DNA from: Acidimicrobiia bacterium
Lineage (GTDB): Bacteria > Actinomycetota > Acidimicrobiia > IMCC26256 > JAENVU01
Assembly: GCA_031430375.1 (NCBI GenBank)
Contig: JANPBJ010000207.1
Span: 1-62,712 of the forward strand
Direction: 5' to 3'
DNA length: 62,712 nucleotides
The notes under the pieces were generated by a model that worked only from the letters and a program-made list of their open reading frames with translations, searched no databases and had not been told where the DNA came from. A program made the position numbers and the translations under genes. This document shows, piece after piece, positions 1 through 9,947 of the stretch. Position 1 is the stretch's first letter; the number at the start of each line of letters is the position of its first letter.

Positions 1-597
1 CGCATCGGCGACCGCAAGGTCGACAGTGCGAAGAAGACGCTCACGATGCTCAACCCCGATGTCAACGTCGTCACCCACGACGTTCGTTTCGCGGCCGACA
101 ACGTGCTCGACATCATCGACGGTTACGACGTCGTGCTCGACGGCACCGACAACTTCCCCACGCGGTATCTCCTCAACGACGCGACGCTCATCAAGCACAT
201 CCCGGTCGTGCACGGATCGATCTTCCGCTTCGAAGGTCAAGTCACCGTGTTCAAGCCCTACGCGGGTCCGTGCTACCGCTGCCTCCTCCCCGAGCCCCCG
301 CCGCCGGAACTCGCGCCGAGCTGCGCTGAAGCCGGCGTCCTCGGTGTGCTTCCCGGCATCATCGGTTCCATCCAGGCGCTCGAAACCATCAAGCTCCTGC
401 TTGATCTCGGCGACCCGCTCATTGGTCGGCTCCTCGCGTACGACGCGCTCGAGCAGTCGTTCCGCACCTTCAAGGTCCGGCGCGATCCCACGTGCCCCGC
501 GTGTGGCGAAGACGCCGGCGAGATCGTGATTGCCGAGTACGACCAACACTGCCTACCGCACGCAGTTTTGGCCGACGGCAGCACGCTCACTCACTAA
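1..597 (+). CDS. ThiF/MoeB-family E1-like adenylyltransferase (C-terminal part; 5' end lies outside the window)
   Basis: Frame 1 is open from nt 1 into the listed 46..597 ORF. Motifs DGTDNFPTRYLLND, GPCYRCL.PE.PP and the terminal CPACG zinc knuckle are typical of MoeB/ThiF. Confidence 0.8.
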   Translation, partial: RIGDRKVDSAKKTLTMLNPDVNVVTHDVRFAADNVLDIIDGYDVVLDGTDNFPTRYLLNDATLIKHIPVVHGSIFRFEGQVTVFKPYAGPCYRCLLPEPPPPELAPSCAEAGVLGVLPGIIGSIQALETIKLLLDLGDPLIGRLLAYDALEQSFRTFKVRRDPTCPACGEDAGEIVIAEYDQHCLPHAVLADGSTLTH

Positions 598-702
598 TTC
601 CCCAAGCAACACCAGGGTTTTCCCGTTTCTCTTCAAGCTCTGGCTCCACGCGGCCGAAGTACCTCCTAGCCGGGGACATCCCGGTTCGGTTGGGAGGCCG
701 CA

Positions 703-1365
703 ATGGACACGTACCTGGATCGTCGGGCGCGACGGGTTGAACGCCGTCGCAGCGTCACCGCCGTCGGCGTGACGTGCGTGTTGGGGATCGCGCTTTCGAT
801 CCTTGCTGCGTCGTGTAGCGCTGCCACCTCGACACGAGGTGCTCAGGAACCGGCCCCGACTCACTCCACACTCACAGCGGTCCCGGCGCGGATGATTCGC
901 GCGGTCGTCGCGCCCACCACCACAACGACGACCCGTCCCGCCGTCAACCCGGAAACCGGTCCACCGCCGGCCAATACCGGACTCGGACGCCGGATCATCT
1001 ACTGCAACTCCTGCCAGACGGTCTGGATCGTGGAGTCCGACGAGTTCGTGACCGCGAAGTACAAGGTCAGCGGCCGTACCGGGATGCCCAAGCCGGGCGA
1101 GTACCACGTGTTCCGCAAACTCGACATGGGCCGCTCGAAGGCACATCCTGAACTCCGGCTGCCATGGTTCGTGGGCTTCACATGGGGCTCGACCACCGAC
1201 ATCGGCTTCCATGGCATCCCACTGCGCCCCGACGGCTCGCAGATACAAGACGACTCGCAGCTCGGCGTCCCGCTGAGCTCCGGTTGTATTCGTGAGAACC
1301 AGGTGATCGCAAAGTTCCTCTACGACTGGGCCCCGATCGACACGCTCGTGGTCGTCACTGCGTAG
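703..1365 (+). CDS. L,D-transpeptidase (YkuD domain), membrane-anchored or secreted
   Basis: N-terminal hydrophobic segment, then a Thr/Pro-rich linker. C-terminal catalytic motif FHGIPL...SSGCIR. GGGAGG Shine-Dalgarno 5 nt upstream of the ATG. Confidence 0.8.
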   Translation: MDTYLDRRARRVERRRSVTAVGVTCVLGIALSILAASCSAATSTRGAQEPAPTHSTLTAVPARMIRAVVAPTTTTTTRPAVNPETGPPPANTGLGRRIIYCNSCQTVWIVESDEFVTAKYKVSGRTGMPKPGEYHVFRKLDMGRSKAHPELRLPWFVGFTWGSTTDIGFHGIPLRPDGSQIQDDSQLGVPLSSGCIRENQVIAKFLYDWAPIDTLVVVTA

Positions 1366-1395
1366 AGGTTCGTCGTGACGCAACCTCAACTATGG

Positions 1396-2937
1396 CTACT
1401 TACTCGCCGGGTTCCCGCGGTTCCGATACATCACCGTGCACCCTCGTCGCGCAACGAGGACGCTGTTCGCCTTGATCACCCTTTGGGTACGAGCCGTGAG
1501 ATCTTTCCGCCCAATCGTGCAAGCGCGGTCGATGAGCAGCGTTGATTCGCACGCCCTGCTCTGCGCCACGATCTCGCGTTGCACCGACGGGTAACTACTC
1601 GCACGAAATACTCCGGGTGCCGCTCCGCTCTGGAGCGCCGCCAGCAGCCCCTCGCCGTACACGTCGAGCAACACTCGATGGCCGCGCACTGCTGACGGCA
1701 CTCGGCTCACGTCGAGCAGCGCCTGAGGTCGTTGCGCCACGAGGCAGCCGGCGGCTGCGATCGCTTGGGCCAGCTCTGGTCCGGTGCGGGCGCTGACCGT
1801 GTCTGCGTCCTCGAACACACTCACCAGCTGAGTCGCGCCGATGAGGATCGCGACCCCCACGACCGCGGTTGGAGCGAACCAATCCTGGCGTTGGCGCAAC
1901 GCAGCAATGGTTGCGACCACGAGCCAGGACACGAGCATCGCTGCGGCCGGGGCTAACAACGATCCGTAATGCCAGAAATACGAGGGCGACACCATGAGTG
2001 CGAGACCCGTCACCAGACCGGTCAATCCCCAGAGACGACCGTGCGCTGATTCTCCGATGAGCGCGGCGATGCACACCGACGCGAACAGCGCCACCGCGAC
2101 CCAAACCGCAGCACCCGCAATGGGGTCCACCGTCCCTGCACGACCATGAAGGATCGGGAGGAGCGAGTTGATGCGCGACAACCCTTCGCCATCCCGAGGA
2201 CGCAGCACTTGGGCCGCCACAATCTGTTCGAACTGCACGCGCCAGCCGACTGAGACTCCAAAGGCAACGATGGTTGCCACGACGGGCGCCGCCGCGAGGG
2301 CGACCAGGCGCGCACGGTCCACGAGCGGGCGCCGGAACAGTCCCACGATCAGAACCGGGATCAGGAACACGCCCGCGACCAACTTGATCGAGATCGCCAC
2401 GCCGAGCAGCAGTCCGACGACGACCGATGGTTGGCGCCGAGAATCCCGATCCTTCGGAATCCACAGTGAGAAAGCGAGGAGTACGGCAAGATTGACAAAC
2501 GGCTCTTGCAATCCCACCGTGTCGGATCCCACTACCGCAGGCAACGTGGCAAAGATCAACGCCGAGGACAATCCGCCGGCCCAACCCATCCACCGAGCAC
2601 CCATCCGCGCGACGAGAAAGGTGTTGCATCCCCCCGCGACTGCCGCCGCGATTCGGAGCCCCGTGAGCGCCAGCGCCGGACCTCCGAACAATCCCGCCAG
2701 AGTTGTGATCGGCCACATCACGATTAAGAATCCGGGTGGGAACACGAAGACGAAGTCTCGATAGGGCAGGTGGCCCTGCCGGAGCAGCCAGCTTGCCCCG
2801 ACGTACACCGCCTCGTCGTAACTCGCGTTGACCTGTGCGTCGAAGCCAGCCTGACGATCCAAGATCAAGATCACCCGCAATGCCGCGGCGAAGACCGCTA
2901 CCACCAGGAACAGCCACGTTGCCCGTCGGCGCGTCAT
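1396..2937 (-). CDS. Polytopic membrane protein, GT-C-fold glycosyltransferase-like (PMT_2/ArnT-like)
   Basis: 513 aa with many hydrophobic helices. The first extracytoplasmic loop carries NASYDEAVY, a DE motif in the position used by GT-C/PMT_2 enzymes. Soluble C-terminal domain. Confidence 0.65.
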   Translation of the reverse strand: MTRRRATWLFLVVAVFAAALRVILILDRQAGFDAQVNASYDEAVYVGASWLLRQGHLPYRDFVFVFPPGFLIVMWPITTLAGLFGGPALALTGLRIAAAVAGGCNTFLVARMGARWMGWAGGLSSALIFATLPAVVGSDTVGLQEPFVNLAVLLAFSLWIPKDRDSRRQPSVVVGLLLGVAISIKLVAGVFLIPVLIVGLFRRPLVDRARLVALAAAPVVATIVAFGVSVGWRVQFEQIVAAQVLRPRDGEGLSRINSLLPILHGRAGTVDPIAGAAVWVAVALFASVCIAALIGESAHGRLWGLTGLVTGLALMVSPSYFWHYGSLLAPAAAMLVSWLVVATIAALRQRQDWFAPTAVVGVAILIGATQLVSVFEDADTVSARTGPELAQAIAAAGCLVAQRPQALLDVSRVPSAVRGHRVLLDVYGEGLLAALQSGAAPGVFRASSYPSVQREIVAQSRACESTLLIDRACTIGRKDLTARTQRVIKANSVLVARRGCTVMYRNRGNPASK

Positions 2938-2995
2938 CGGTCACACATCCGGGGCCCCAAACGGAATGGGTGAGGCGGATCGGCGCAGCTCCGGG

Positions 2996-4492
2996 TCACG
3001 AGCGGCGCGTTTCACTCCCATGGTGGGCGATCAACTCGACCAAGGTTCGCACACCAAAGCCCGACGCGCCGCGCCGCGTGTATCCGTCATCTGAACTGGC
3101 GCGCGCCGGTCCTGCAATGTCGAGATGGGCCCAGGGGACCCCGGCCACGAACTCCTCGAGGAACAGCCCCGCGGTCAACGCTCCGCCGTAGCCGCCCGTT
3201 CCGATGTTCTTCATGTCTGCGATCTCAGAGTCAATGAGTTTGCGGTACTGCTTCGGCAAGGGCAGCGGCCACATCGGCTCCCCCGACCGCGACGCGGCGG
3301 CTTCGACCGACGCACGGACTGCATCGTCGTTCGACATCACGCCCGCGATCTTGTCGCCCAGCGCAACCATGCAGGCGCCCGTGAGCGTCGCAAGATCGAT
3401 GATCATGTCCGGCTTCTTCTCGGCCGCGAGCGCCAACGCATCCGCGAGGATCAGCCGGCCCTCGGCATCGGTGTTCAGCACCTCGGCGGTCTTGCCATTG
3501 CGGAACGTCAGTACGTCACCGGGCCGAATCGCTTCACCACTCGGCATGTTCTCGACCATGGGCGTATAGCCGACGACTTTCGTCGTCAGGCCGAGTGTGG
3601 ACAGCACCGACATCGTCGCGATCACTGCGGCCGCGCCCGCCATATCGGTTTTCATCGTCTCCATCCCCGAACCGGTCTTGAGCGAGAGCCCACCGGAGTC
3701 GAACACGACGCCCTTACCCACCAGCGCGATTGAACCGCTCGCGCCGCGCGGCGAGTAGATCATCTTCACAAACCGCGGCGTTTGCTTCGATCCCTGCCCC
3801 ACGCCGAGCACACCCCCAAGCTTCTCCCGGCGCATCGCTGCGGCATCGAGCACCTCGACCCGTACGTTGCGGCCCGCCAGCAATACCTGAGCCGCCTTGG
3901 CAAACGCAGCCGGCGAAAGCTCCCGCGCTGGGGTGTTGACCATGTCACGCGCCCAACACACCGCTTCGGCGATGGTCACACCACGGTCGAGTGCACGCTT
4001 GATCGCCGCGCCTCCGCCGCCGAGCACGACCACGCTGGCCAGCTGCGACGGCTTCGCCTTCTTTGACTTGTAGGTGAGGTACTCATAACTACCGAGGAGC
4101 ACGCCCTCCGCGATCGCCTGCGCCACGATCGTCCGCCCCGTGCCTTCAGGCGCCGCCTCCGCGAGGGTGGTCACAACCCGCTTCGACCGCTGCGACCGTT
4201 GCGCAACCAACGCCGCGGCCGTGCGCAGATCATCGACCGTCAGATCGGCTCGCGAACCCAGCCCGACCAACATCGCGCTCTTGGTCGCGGCGTCGATCGG
4301 CACGAGGAGCACCTGACCGCGCTTACCCTCGAACCCCGCTGCGGACATGAACGCTCGAAGCGTTCCACCCGTGGCGGCGTCAACCGAATCAGCTCCGGGA
4401 CCGAACTCACCGTCCGCGAATACGGGGACTGCAAGGACGTCGCCCCGAGTTCGGGTAGGTGCAGTGGATGCGACGGCGAACGCTATGGGCAC
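2996..4492 (-). CDS. pepA: Leucyl aminopeptidase, M17 family
   Basis: 498 aa. Motifs VGKGVVFDSGGLSLK, NTDAEGRLILADAL and ATLTGA are M17 signatures. Confidence 0.95.
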   Translation of the reverse strand: MPIAFAVASTAPTRTRGDVLAVPVFADGEFGPGADSVDAATGGTLRAFMSAAGFEGKRGQVLLVPIDAATKSAMLVGLGSRADLTVDDLRTAAALVAQRSQRSKRVVTTLAEAAPEGTGRTIVAQAIAEGVLLGSYEYLTYKSKKAKPSQLASVVVLGGGGAAIKRALDRGVTIAEAVCWARDMVNTPARELSPAAFAKAAQVLLAGRNVRVEVLDAAAMRREKLGGVLGVGQGSKQTPRFVKMIYSPRGASGSIALVGKGVVFDSGGLSLKTGSGMETMKTDMAGAAAVIATMSVLSTLGLTTKVVGYTPMVENMPSGEAIRPGDVLTFRNGKTAEVLNTDAEGRLILADALALAAEKKPDMIIDLATLTGACMVALGDKIAGVMSNDDAVRASVEAAASRSGEPMWPLPLPKQYRKLIDSEIADMKNIGTGGYGGALTAGLFLEEFVAGVPWAHLDIAGPARASSDDGYTRRGASGFGVRTLVELIAHHGSETRRS

Positions 4493-4516
4493 GTTATTCC
4501 TCCGGGTAGTAAATCG

Positions 4517-5083
4517 TCAGCGATCGCCGCGAGCGGCGCGGTACTGGCCTTCTTGCCAACGTCCGAGAGTCCAGCACAAGTCAGCCAACCGATTGAGGTA
4601 TGGGATCACTGAACTCTCGGCATCGAGCCAACCGGCGCGCCGGGCGGCAACACATTCACGCTCCGCGCGTCGAACAGTGGTCCGCGCAAGGTCCAACGCG
4701 GCCGACACCCGGTTCTCGCCTGGGAGCACAAACTCTTTTGGGGCCTCGAACCGGGTGGTGATGTCGTCGATGATCGGCTCGAGCGCTGCAACCATTTCTC
4801 GGGTCGCCGCGGTGGTTCCGGGTGTGAGCTTGTGCCGATTCTCAGGTGCCGTCGCAAGTTCCGCCCCGACCACGAACAGCTCCCGTTGCATACGGATCAG
4901 GAGTTGGCCCAGTTCGGAGCTCGCGTCGGTCTCGGCGCGGGCCAGACCAAGCGCGGACACGACCTCGTCCGTGGTGCCGTATGCGGTCGGACCGACATCG
5001 TCCTTCTCCACCCGGCCGCCGTAGAAGAGGCCCGTCGTTCCGTCGTCACCGGTGCGCGTATAGACCTTCAAGGCGTCAGACAT
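4517..5083 (-). CDS. PduO-type ATP:cob(I)alamin adenosyltransferase
   Basis: The family N-terminus KVYTRTGDDGTTGL follows the internal Met at 5083. The ORF-track start at 5161 adds 26 unrelated residues. Confidence 0.85.
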   Translation of the reverse strand: MSDALKVYTRTGDDGTTGLFYGGRVEKDDVGPTAYGTTDEVVSALGLARAETDASSELGQLLIRMQRELFVVGAELATAPENRHKLTPGTTAATREMVAALEPIIDDITTRFEAPKEFVLPGENRVSAALDLARTTVRRAERECVAARRAGWLDAESSVIPYLNRLADLCWTLGRWQEGQYRAARGDR

Positions 5084-5170
5084 TGCCCCGGAGTCTATGG
5101 ACGTGTCCCCTCCACCTCGTACCTGGGATCGGCCTATCCACCGGTGGCGCATCGACCACAATGGCTGGAT

Positions 5171-7213
5171 ATGCGAGGCCGGGCGTCACGTCACGAACCA
5201 ACGTCACGCGCCACCAATACGCCTGGCGAAGGTACGTCAGGCGAAGGTACGTCTGGCGAAGGTATGTCTGGCGAACGCCGGATTGCCAGACTCCTGATCA
5301 CGTTCACCGTCCTGTTCGCAGTGATCGTGCAGAACTTCTTCTTCGCGTTTTCAACGAACATGACCGGCGACGTGCAATACCACCGCGGCGTCGCACTGAC
5401 GATGACCGCGGGGAACTTTCCGGGGCAGAGCCCGGTTCGCGGCATCGTCTCGTACTTCGGCGGGTTCTATCCGATGGTGTTCGGCTGGGCGAGCCATCTG
5501 GGAGGGTGGTCTTTCGACGGCCTCCTTTCGGTCGTGTCCTGGCTCGCAGTGATCTGCCTTCCACTCGCATTGCTCTACCTCGGCCGATCACTCTGGCCGA
5601 GCCGAGCGCTCGAGCCGGCACTCCTCATGTTCCTCGGGACCATCGGGAGCAGCCTGGGGAGAGATCCGAACGCGGAATGGGTGTTCAGCGCGCTGCCATC
5701 CGGGGCCAACGAGTGGCCGCTCTACCCCCGCGACATCTGCCTCGTTCTCATCGTGGTCGCCCTCGGGATCGTGACCAGAGACTGCTCCGTGAAGCGCTTG
5801 GTCGGCGCCGGCGCCCTCTGCGCGTTGGGCATCGCGACCCAATCCCAGGTCGGTGTCTACGGGATGCTCGCCGTGAGCGCACTGTCCATCTGGCAGGGTC
5901 GCCACACGAGCACGCGTGCAACCCAAATCCGGCGCGCCATGATTCCCCTCGGGGTGGCCATCGCCGGATCCGCATGGTGGTGGCTCCCACGCGTCAGCGC
6001 AGCCATCAAGAGCCGGGGCTTCTTGCTCGCCAGCTACCCAGGGCTCGCACGCCCAAATACGTCGTTGACGGGGATCATCAACGCGCTCGGGATCACGGGC
6101 GCCCTCGCGGCCCTTGGCCTCGCGATCGTGTTACGGCACGGCATCGGCGCCCAACGATTCTTCGGTTGGTGGCTCGCAGTCTTTCTTCCGTTCGGCATCT
6201 TCGGACGGATTCTCGGCGACGTCGGACTTCTGACCGAGCGTCGGGTTTGGTTCTTCGCAGCCATCCCGATCGTTGTCTGCGCCACCAGCGCGGCCGCTTG
6301 GCTCACGCGCATTGTTCCGCACGGACTTGCGCTCGTAGCGGTCGCGGCTCTCGTCATCGTTCCGAGCACCATCGAGTCGATCCACACGCGCGATCTCATC
6401 GACGCCGCATGGCGACCACCAGCAGCCGGAAGCCCATTCGGTAGCCGCGCGTGGAACGGCGCGTTGCACGCGGTTCGCCAGCGGGTCGAGGCCAGCAATG
6501 GGCTCGCAGTCCTCGCCCCCGATGTCGACGCGCTCTTCCTATGGCAGCGCACCGGGGCGCAGCCCTTCAGCCTCTGGCTCACCGGTCCCACCAAGCTCGG
6601 ATTCGATCCAGCGCGCCTCACGCGATGGGGGATGCTCGATCGGCTTCACCTTCAGAACCGAGCGTTCAAGCGAGGACTCGGCGGCCTCTGCGCGCTTGCG
6701 CGCGAGGTTCGGGCAGATGACCTCGTGCTGCGCCACCGGGGACACCTCCTGGGGACCCGTGATCTACGTCCCGCGAGCCGCTATCGAGTCTCACCCCGCG
6801 ACCGGAGCACGGAAACGATTCGCCGCACGGTCAACCGCCATACCGAGTACTTCGATGTGAACTCAACGGAGTTCCTCGCGCTGCACCCAGGGGGCTCCGT
6901 CCCGTTGGGTTGGTCATCGCCGTCCGTGCGCGAGATCGAGGTTGACCTGTTTCTCCCCGTGGATCCTCGCTCTCCGCCGGTGCTGCGGGAACCCGGCGGA
7001 GCCATCGTCGTGCCAATCCTCAACGCGGACGCCACGAGGCTCATCTACCGCACGCCTACGGGTGTGCCATCCGGAACGACCCTCCGTGCGCGCTCAATCG
7101 TGAACGTCGAACGGGTCATCGGCTTCGAGCCCACGGCGTTCCCGCTCCCGAGCGGCGCCGGTGTCGTTGATCTGCCCATCGCGCAGGTGTGTCCAGCGGC
7201 GCCTGCGCTTTAG
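5171..7213 (+). CDS. Large polytopic membrane protein with a C-terminal soluble domain (GT-C-like architecture, function unknown)
   Basis: The real gene is the distal part of the 4832..7213 ORF. Candidate starts are ATG 5171 or ATG 5264. About 12 hydrophobic segments are followed by ~190 aa of non-hydrophobic tail. Upstream of 5171 the frame is antisense to the PduO gene. Confidence 0.6.
   Translation: MRGRASRHEPTSRATNTPGEGTSGEGTSGEGMSGERRIARLLITFTVLFAVIVQNFFFAFSTNMTGDVQYHRGVALTMTAGNFPGQSPVRGIVSYFGGFYPMVFGWASHLGGWSFDGLLSVVSWLAVICLPLALLYLGRSLWPSRALEPALLMFLGTIGSSLGRDPNAEWVFSALPSGANEWPLYPRDICLVLIVVALGIVTRDCSVKRLVGAGALCALGIATQSQVGVYGMLAVSALSIWQGRHTSTRATQIRRAMIPLGVAIAGSAWWWLPRVSAAIKSRGFLLASYPGLARPNTSLTGIINALGITGALAALGLAIVLRHGIGAQRFFGWWLAVFLPFGIFGRILGDVGLLTERRVWFFAAIPIVVCATSAAAWLTRIVPHGLALVAVAALVIVPSTIESIHTRDLIDAAWRPPAAGSPFGSRAWNGALHAVRQRVEASNGLAVLAPDVDALFLWQRTGAQPFSLWLTGPTKLGFDPARLTRWGMLDRLHLQNRAFKRGLGGLCALAREVRADDLVLRHRGHLLGTRDLRPASRYRVSPRDRSTETIRRTVNRHTEYFDVNSTEFLALHPGGSVPLGWSSPSVREIEVDLFLPVDPRSPPVLREPGGAIVVPILNADATRLIYRTPTGVPSGTTLRARSIVNVERVIGFEPTAFPLPSGAGVVDLPIAQVCPAAPAL
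5225..5275 (+). repeat. 15-bp tandem repeat, 3.4 copies (GGCGAAGGTACGTCA / ..TCT / GGCGAAGGTATGTCT / GGCGAA)
   Basis: Read directly from the sequence. It encodes GEGTS-GEGTS-GEGMS-GE if translation starts at 5171. The C->T change in copy 3 creates the alternative ATG at 5264. Confidence 0.95.
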
Positions 7214-9132
7214 CTCGGCACAACCTCATAGAGCAGGAACCCAGGCCCGCGGACGACCAGTTTGAGGTCGCCCCGCAGGGCAAGTGCGCCGAGGTCGGTG
7301 GGGAAATGGGTGCGGGCCCCTAGCGCGTACGGACCACCGGTGGCCACCAACACATGCGTCAGTCCTTGCACCGGCAGATCCTCGATCTGGTACGGCGCCG
7401 GAGTCGAAAAGAACTGGATGCTGCGACGCAACATGGCGTTCACTCGTGCGAGGGTACGACGCTCGGTGTACGGCGCTCGTCCGTCGAGTGCGCCAGGAAC
7501 ATCTAAGAGGTCGGGGACGAATCCCTCGCTGTAGTAGTTCGTGAGCACGAGCGACTTCGGCGGAAGGTCAAGCGCACGCAACGCCCCCAGCGTGTCTGCC
7601 GGGGGAACACTCGACTGGATCTTCGACATCGGCCCCATCGCCGTCACGAACAGCCCAACCGTGATCACCACACCTACCACGAACCCCACGAGGCGACGTC
7701 TGCGCGCCATGGCGGTGATCACGATCGCGATCACAAAGGGGAAGTAGATATAGATCAGCTGTAGCACCCTCGACAAACCGGTGCGACGCGGGACGAACGT
7801 CGAGTACTGCGAGGCCAGCCAGAACGAGAACCCCAAGATCAGCGTCATCGAGACTGCGACGATGATCAGCAGCCGAAGTGCGGCCCGTCGTCGCTCTCCG
7901 CTTTTCGCGGCAGTCCATGCCAGCGCCGCGAGGGCGAGCAGGCCGAGGAACATCCACCGGTTCCACGAGAGCCCGAGCGCGCCTTGACGCAGCGACTGGA
8001 GCAGCATCCGACCGAGCGCCGGAGGGTCGTCGGCCGAGACCCGGCCGACGACCAGGTTCTTGAACTCAAAGGTCGGATCCATGTCACCCGAGAGGCGGGG
8101 AAGACCGTCCAGCTTCGTTGCGCCGGACAGCCCGCCGCCGAGCAGTTGGTTTCCGACGATCCAGGTACCGAGCAGACCAAGCCCGAGAGAGATCGCCAAA
8201 CGCACGGGCACCCGGCGGGGCGTCGCGGTGACGATCGCGGCGACAGCGACTCCACCGACCGATGCCATCGCGAACACCCAGTCGAGCCCGTGGAGTTGGC
8301 TCAACGTCAGCCCCGCGACCGACGCCAACACGAGGCTCGAAATGCGCCTTGATCGGAACCAGTCAATCGCCAATGCCGGGATCAGCAGCATCAACGCATA
8401 GCCCGCCGCTTCAGGACGGAACGAGGAAAGCTTGAACGCAAAGATCGCACCACAGGGTGCCAGGATCGTGGCGACCGCCGCCCCGAATCGATCGGAACCG
8501 AGTTGGCGCGCCAGGATGAAACAGGCGAGCGCGAATGCCACCACGACGACCACGCGCACGAGTTGGGCGGCGACCAGTCGGTCAGGGCTCAGACTCGCAA
8601 CTGCAAGTGCCGCCGACGCCCCGGTAAACCCGGGGTAGTCATCGAGGAACGGCAACCGCGTCGCCCACTCCATCGACGACACCGGCACGCCGCCGGCCGC
8701 GATCGTCTGGCGGGTCAGACTCCAGTAGTACCACGGAGTGGGCCCATTCAACGCGTCTCTCCGACGAACGATCGCCCAAATGATCGCTCCCCCCGCCACA
8801 GCAACGGAGCCGGCCACCGCAGCAGCGCTGGCCAACAGGCCGCGCCGTTCCGCCTGGCTGAACACCGCCGATGGATTCGTTCTCAGCACGACGATCGCCG
8901 CTGCCCCGATAAGGAGTGTCACCAACCAGACGATGCCGGCGTGCAAGCCCCCGGCCCGGACAAGCAGCTCACTGCCGAAAGTCCACACCGAAAGCCCGCC
9001 GGCGGTCGCGAACATCGCAAACCGAAGTCGACTGGGCCGATCGCTGCGCCGCTCGGCAAGAGCCCCGATAGCAAGTCCCGGGAGCACCAGCCACGCCGTG
9101 AGCGCGGCCACGCCGAGGAGATACGCGATCAC
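7210..9132 (-). CDS. Large polytopic membrane protein (GT-C-like architecture), last gene of the sqdB operon
   Basis: 640 aa, many TM helices, ~130-aa C-terminal soluble domain. The GTG start overlaps the stop of the upstream GT2 gene (GTGA at 9129-9132). Confidence 0.65.
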   Translation of the reverse strand: MIAYLLGVAALTAWLVLPGLAIGALAERRSDRPSRLRFAMFATAGGLSVWTFGSELLVRAGGLHAGIVWLVTLLIGAAAIVVLRTNPSAVFSQAERRGLLASAAAVAGSVAVAGGAIIWAIVRRRDALNGPTPWYYWSLTRQTIAAGGVPVSSMEWATRLPFLDDYPGFTGASAALAVASLSPDRLVAAQLVRVVVVVAFALACFILARQLGSDRFGAAVATILAPCGAIFAFKLSSFRPEAAGYALMLLIPALAIDWFRSRRISSLVLASVAGLTLSQLHGLDWVFAMASVGGVAVAAIVTATPRRVPVRLAISLGLGLLGTWIVGNQLLGGGLSGATKLDGLPRLSGDMDPTFEFKNLVVGRVSADDPPALGRMLLQSLRQGALGLSWNRWMFLGLLALAALAWTAAKSGERRRAALRLLIIVAVSMTLILGFSFWLASQYSTFVPRRTGLSRVLQLIYIYFPFVIAIVITAMARRRRLVGFVVGVVITVGLFVTAMGPMSKIQSSVPPADTLGALRALDLPPKSLVLTNYYSEGFVPDLLDVPGALDGRAPYTERRTLARVNAMLRRSIQFFSTPAPYQIEDLPVQGLTHVLVATGGPYALGARTHFPTDLGALALRGDLKLVVRGPGFLLYEVVPS

Positions 9133-9947
9133 GACACGGAAGCTGCTCGTCCTGGCGATGCCTTCGGCGTCACGCGCCGGCTTGTTCGTGCGATGACTCC
9201 GAGGAAGCCCAACGGGTAGCCGAGACGTTTCGGTTTCTTGCTCTCGCCGTGCGAGCGACTGCGTATATGGACCGGGACCTCGGCGATGCGCAAACCGGCA
9301 CGGGATGCCTCGATGATGATTTCCGGGGCCGAGAACCGCGCTTCCGTGAGCTGCATCGTGGCCAGGCTTTTGGCGCGGACGGCACGAAACCCGTTGGTGC
9401 AGTCGGTGATACCAGCGCCACTCACGCGGTTGATGAGCGCGGTGAAACCACGAATGCCCAGATCACGCGCGCCGCCGGCGTCGTCGTACTCGCCGAGGAA
9501 CCGAGATCCCTGCACGTAGTCGGCCTCGTCCCGCACGATCGGCATGACAACGTCGATCATCTGGTCCGGGCGATGCTGTCCGTCGGCGTCCATCGTCATC
9601 ACAATGTCTGCACCAAGGTCGAGCGCGTGCGCGAACCCGGTCCGCAACGCATCGCCCTGGCCGCGATTCACGGAATGCACCAGCGTCGTGTAGCCCGCGG
9701 CACGCGCAACCGTGGCCGTGTCATCGGTGCCGCCGTCGACCACCACAATCGGTGCGACGTTCATTCCCGCGAGTTCCGTCGGCAGCTCATCGAGCACACC
9801 GACGATGCCGTCCGCCTCGTTGAATGCCGGTATCACCACCGCGACCGTGGGCTTGACCACCGGCACGACCGGAGCGGCGCTCGCTCGGGCCAGCGAAACC
9901 ACCAGATCGCCGAACTTCTGATCCAAGGCCCGGAGTTTTCGGTTCAT
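9129..9947 (-). CDS. GT2 glycosyltransferase, DPM1/ArnC/GtrB-like (polyprenyl-phosphate sugar synthase type)
   Basis: Motifs VVIPAFNE, VVVDGGTDDT, NRGQGDAL, TMDADGQH, YVQGSRF and TNGFRA. ATGA overlap with the upstream epimerase. Confidence 0.85.
   Translation of the reverse strand: MNRKLRALDQKFGDLVVSLARASAAPVVPVVKPTVAVVIPAFNEADGIVGVLDELPTELAGMNVAPIVVVDGGTDDTATVARAAGYTTLVHSVNRGQGDALRTGFAHALDLGADIVMTMDADGQHRPDQMIDVVMPIVRDEADYVQGSRFLGEYDDAGGARDLGIRGFTALINRVSGAGITDCTNGFRAVRAKSLATMQLTEARFSAPEIIIEASRAGLRIAEVPVHIRSRSHGESKKPKRLGYPLGFLGVIARTSRRVTPKASPGRAASVS

Noticed and set aside
4832-5170. Upstream extension of the 793-aa ORF
   Set aside because: It is antisense to the PduO-type adenosyltransferase gene. 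The hydrophobic membrane protein only begins after 5171/5264.
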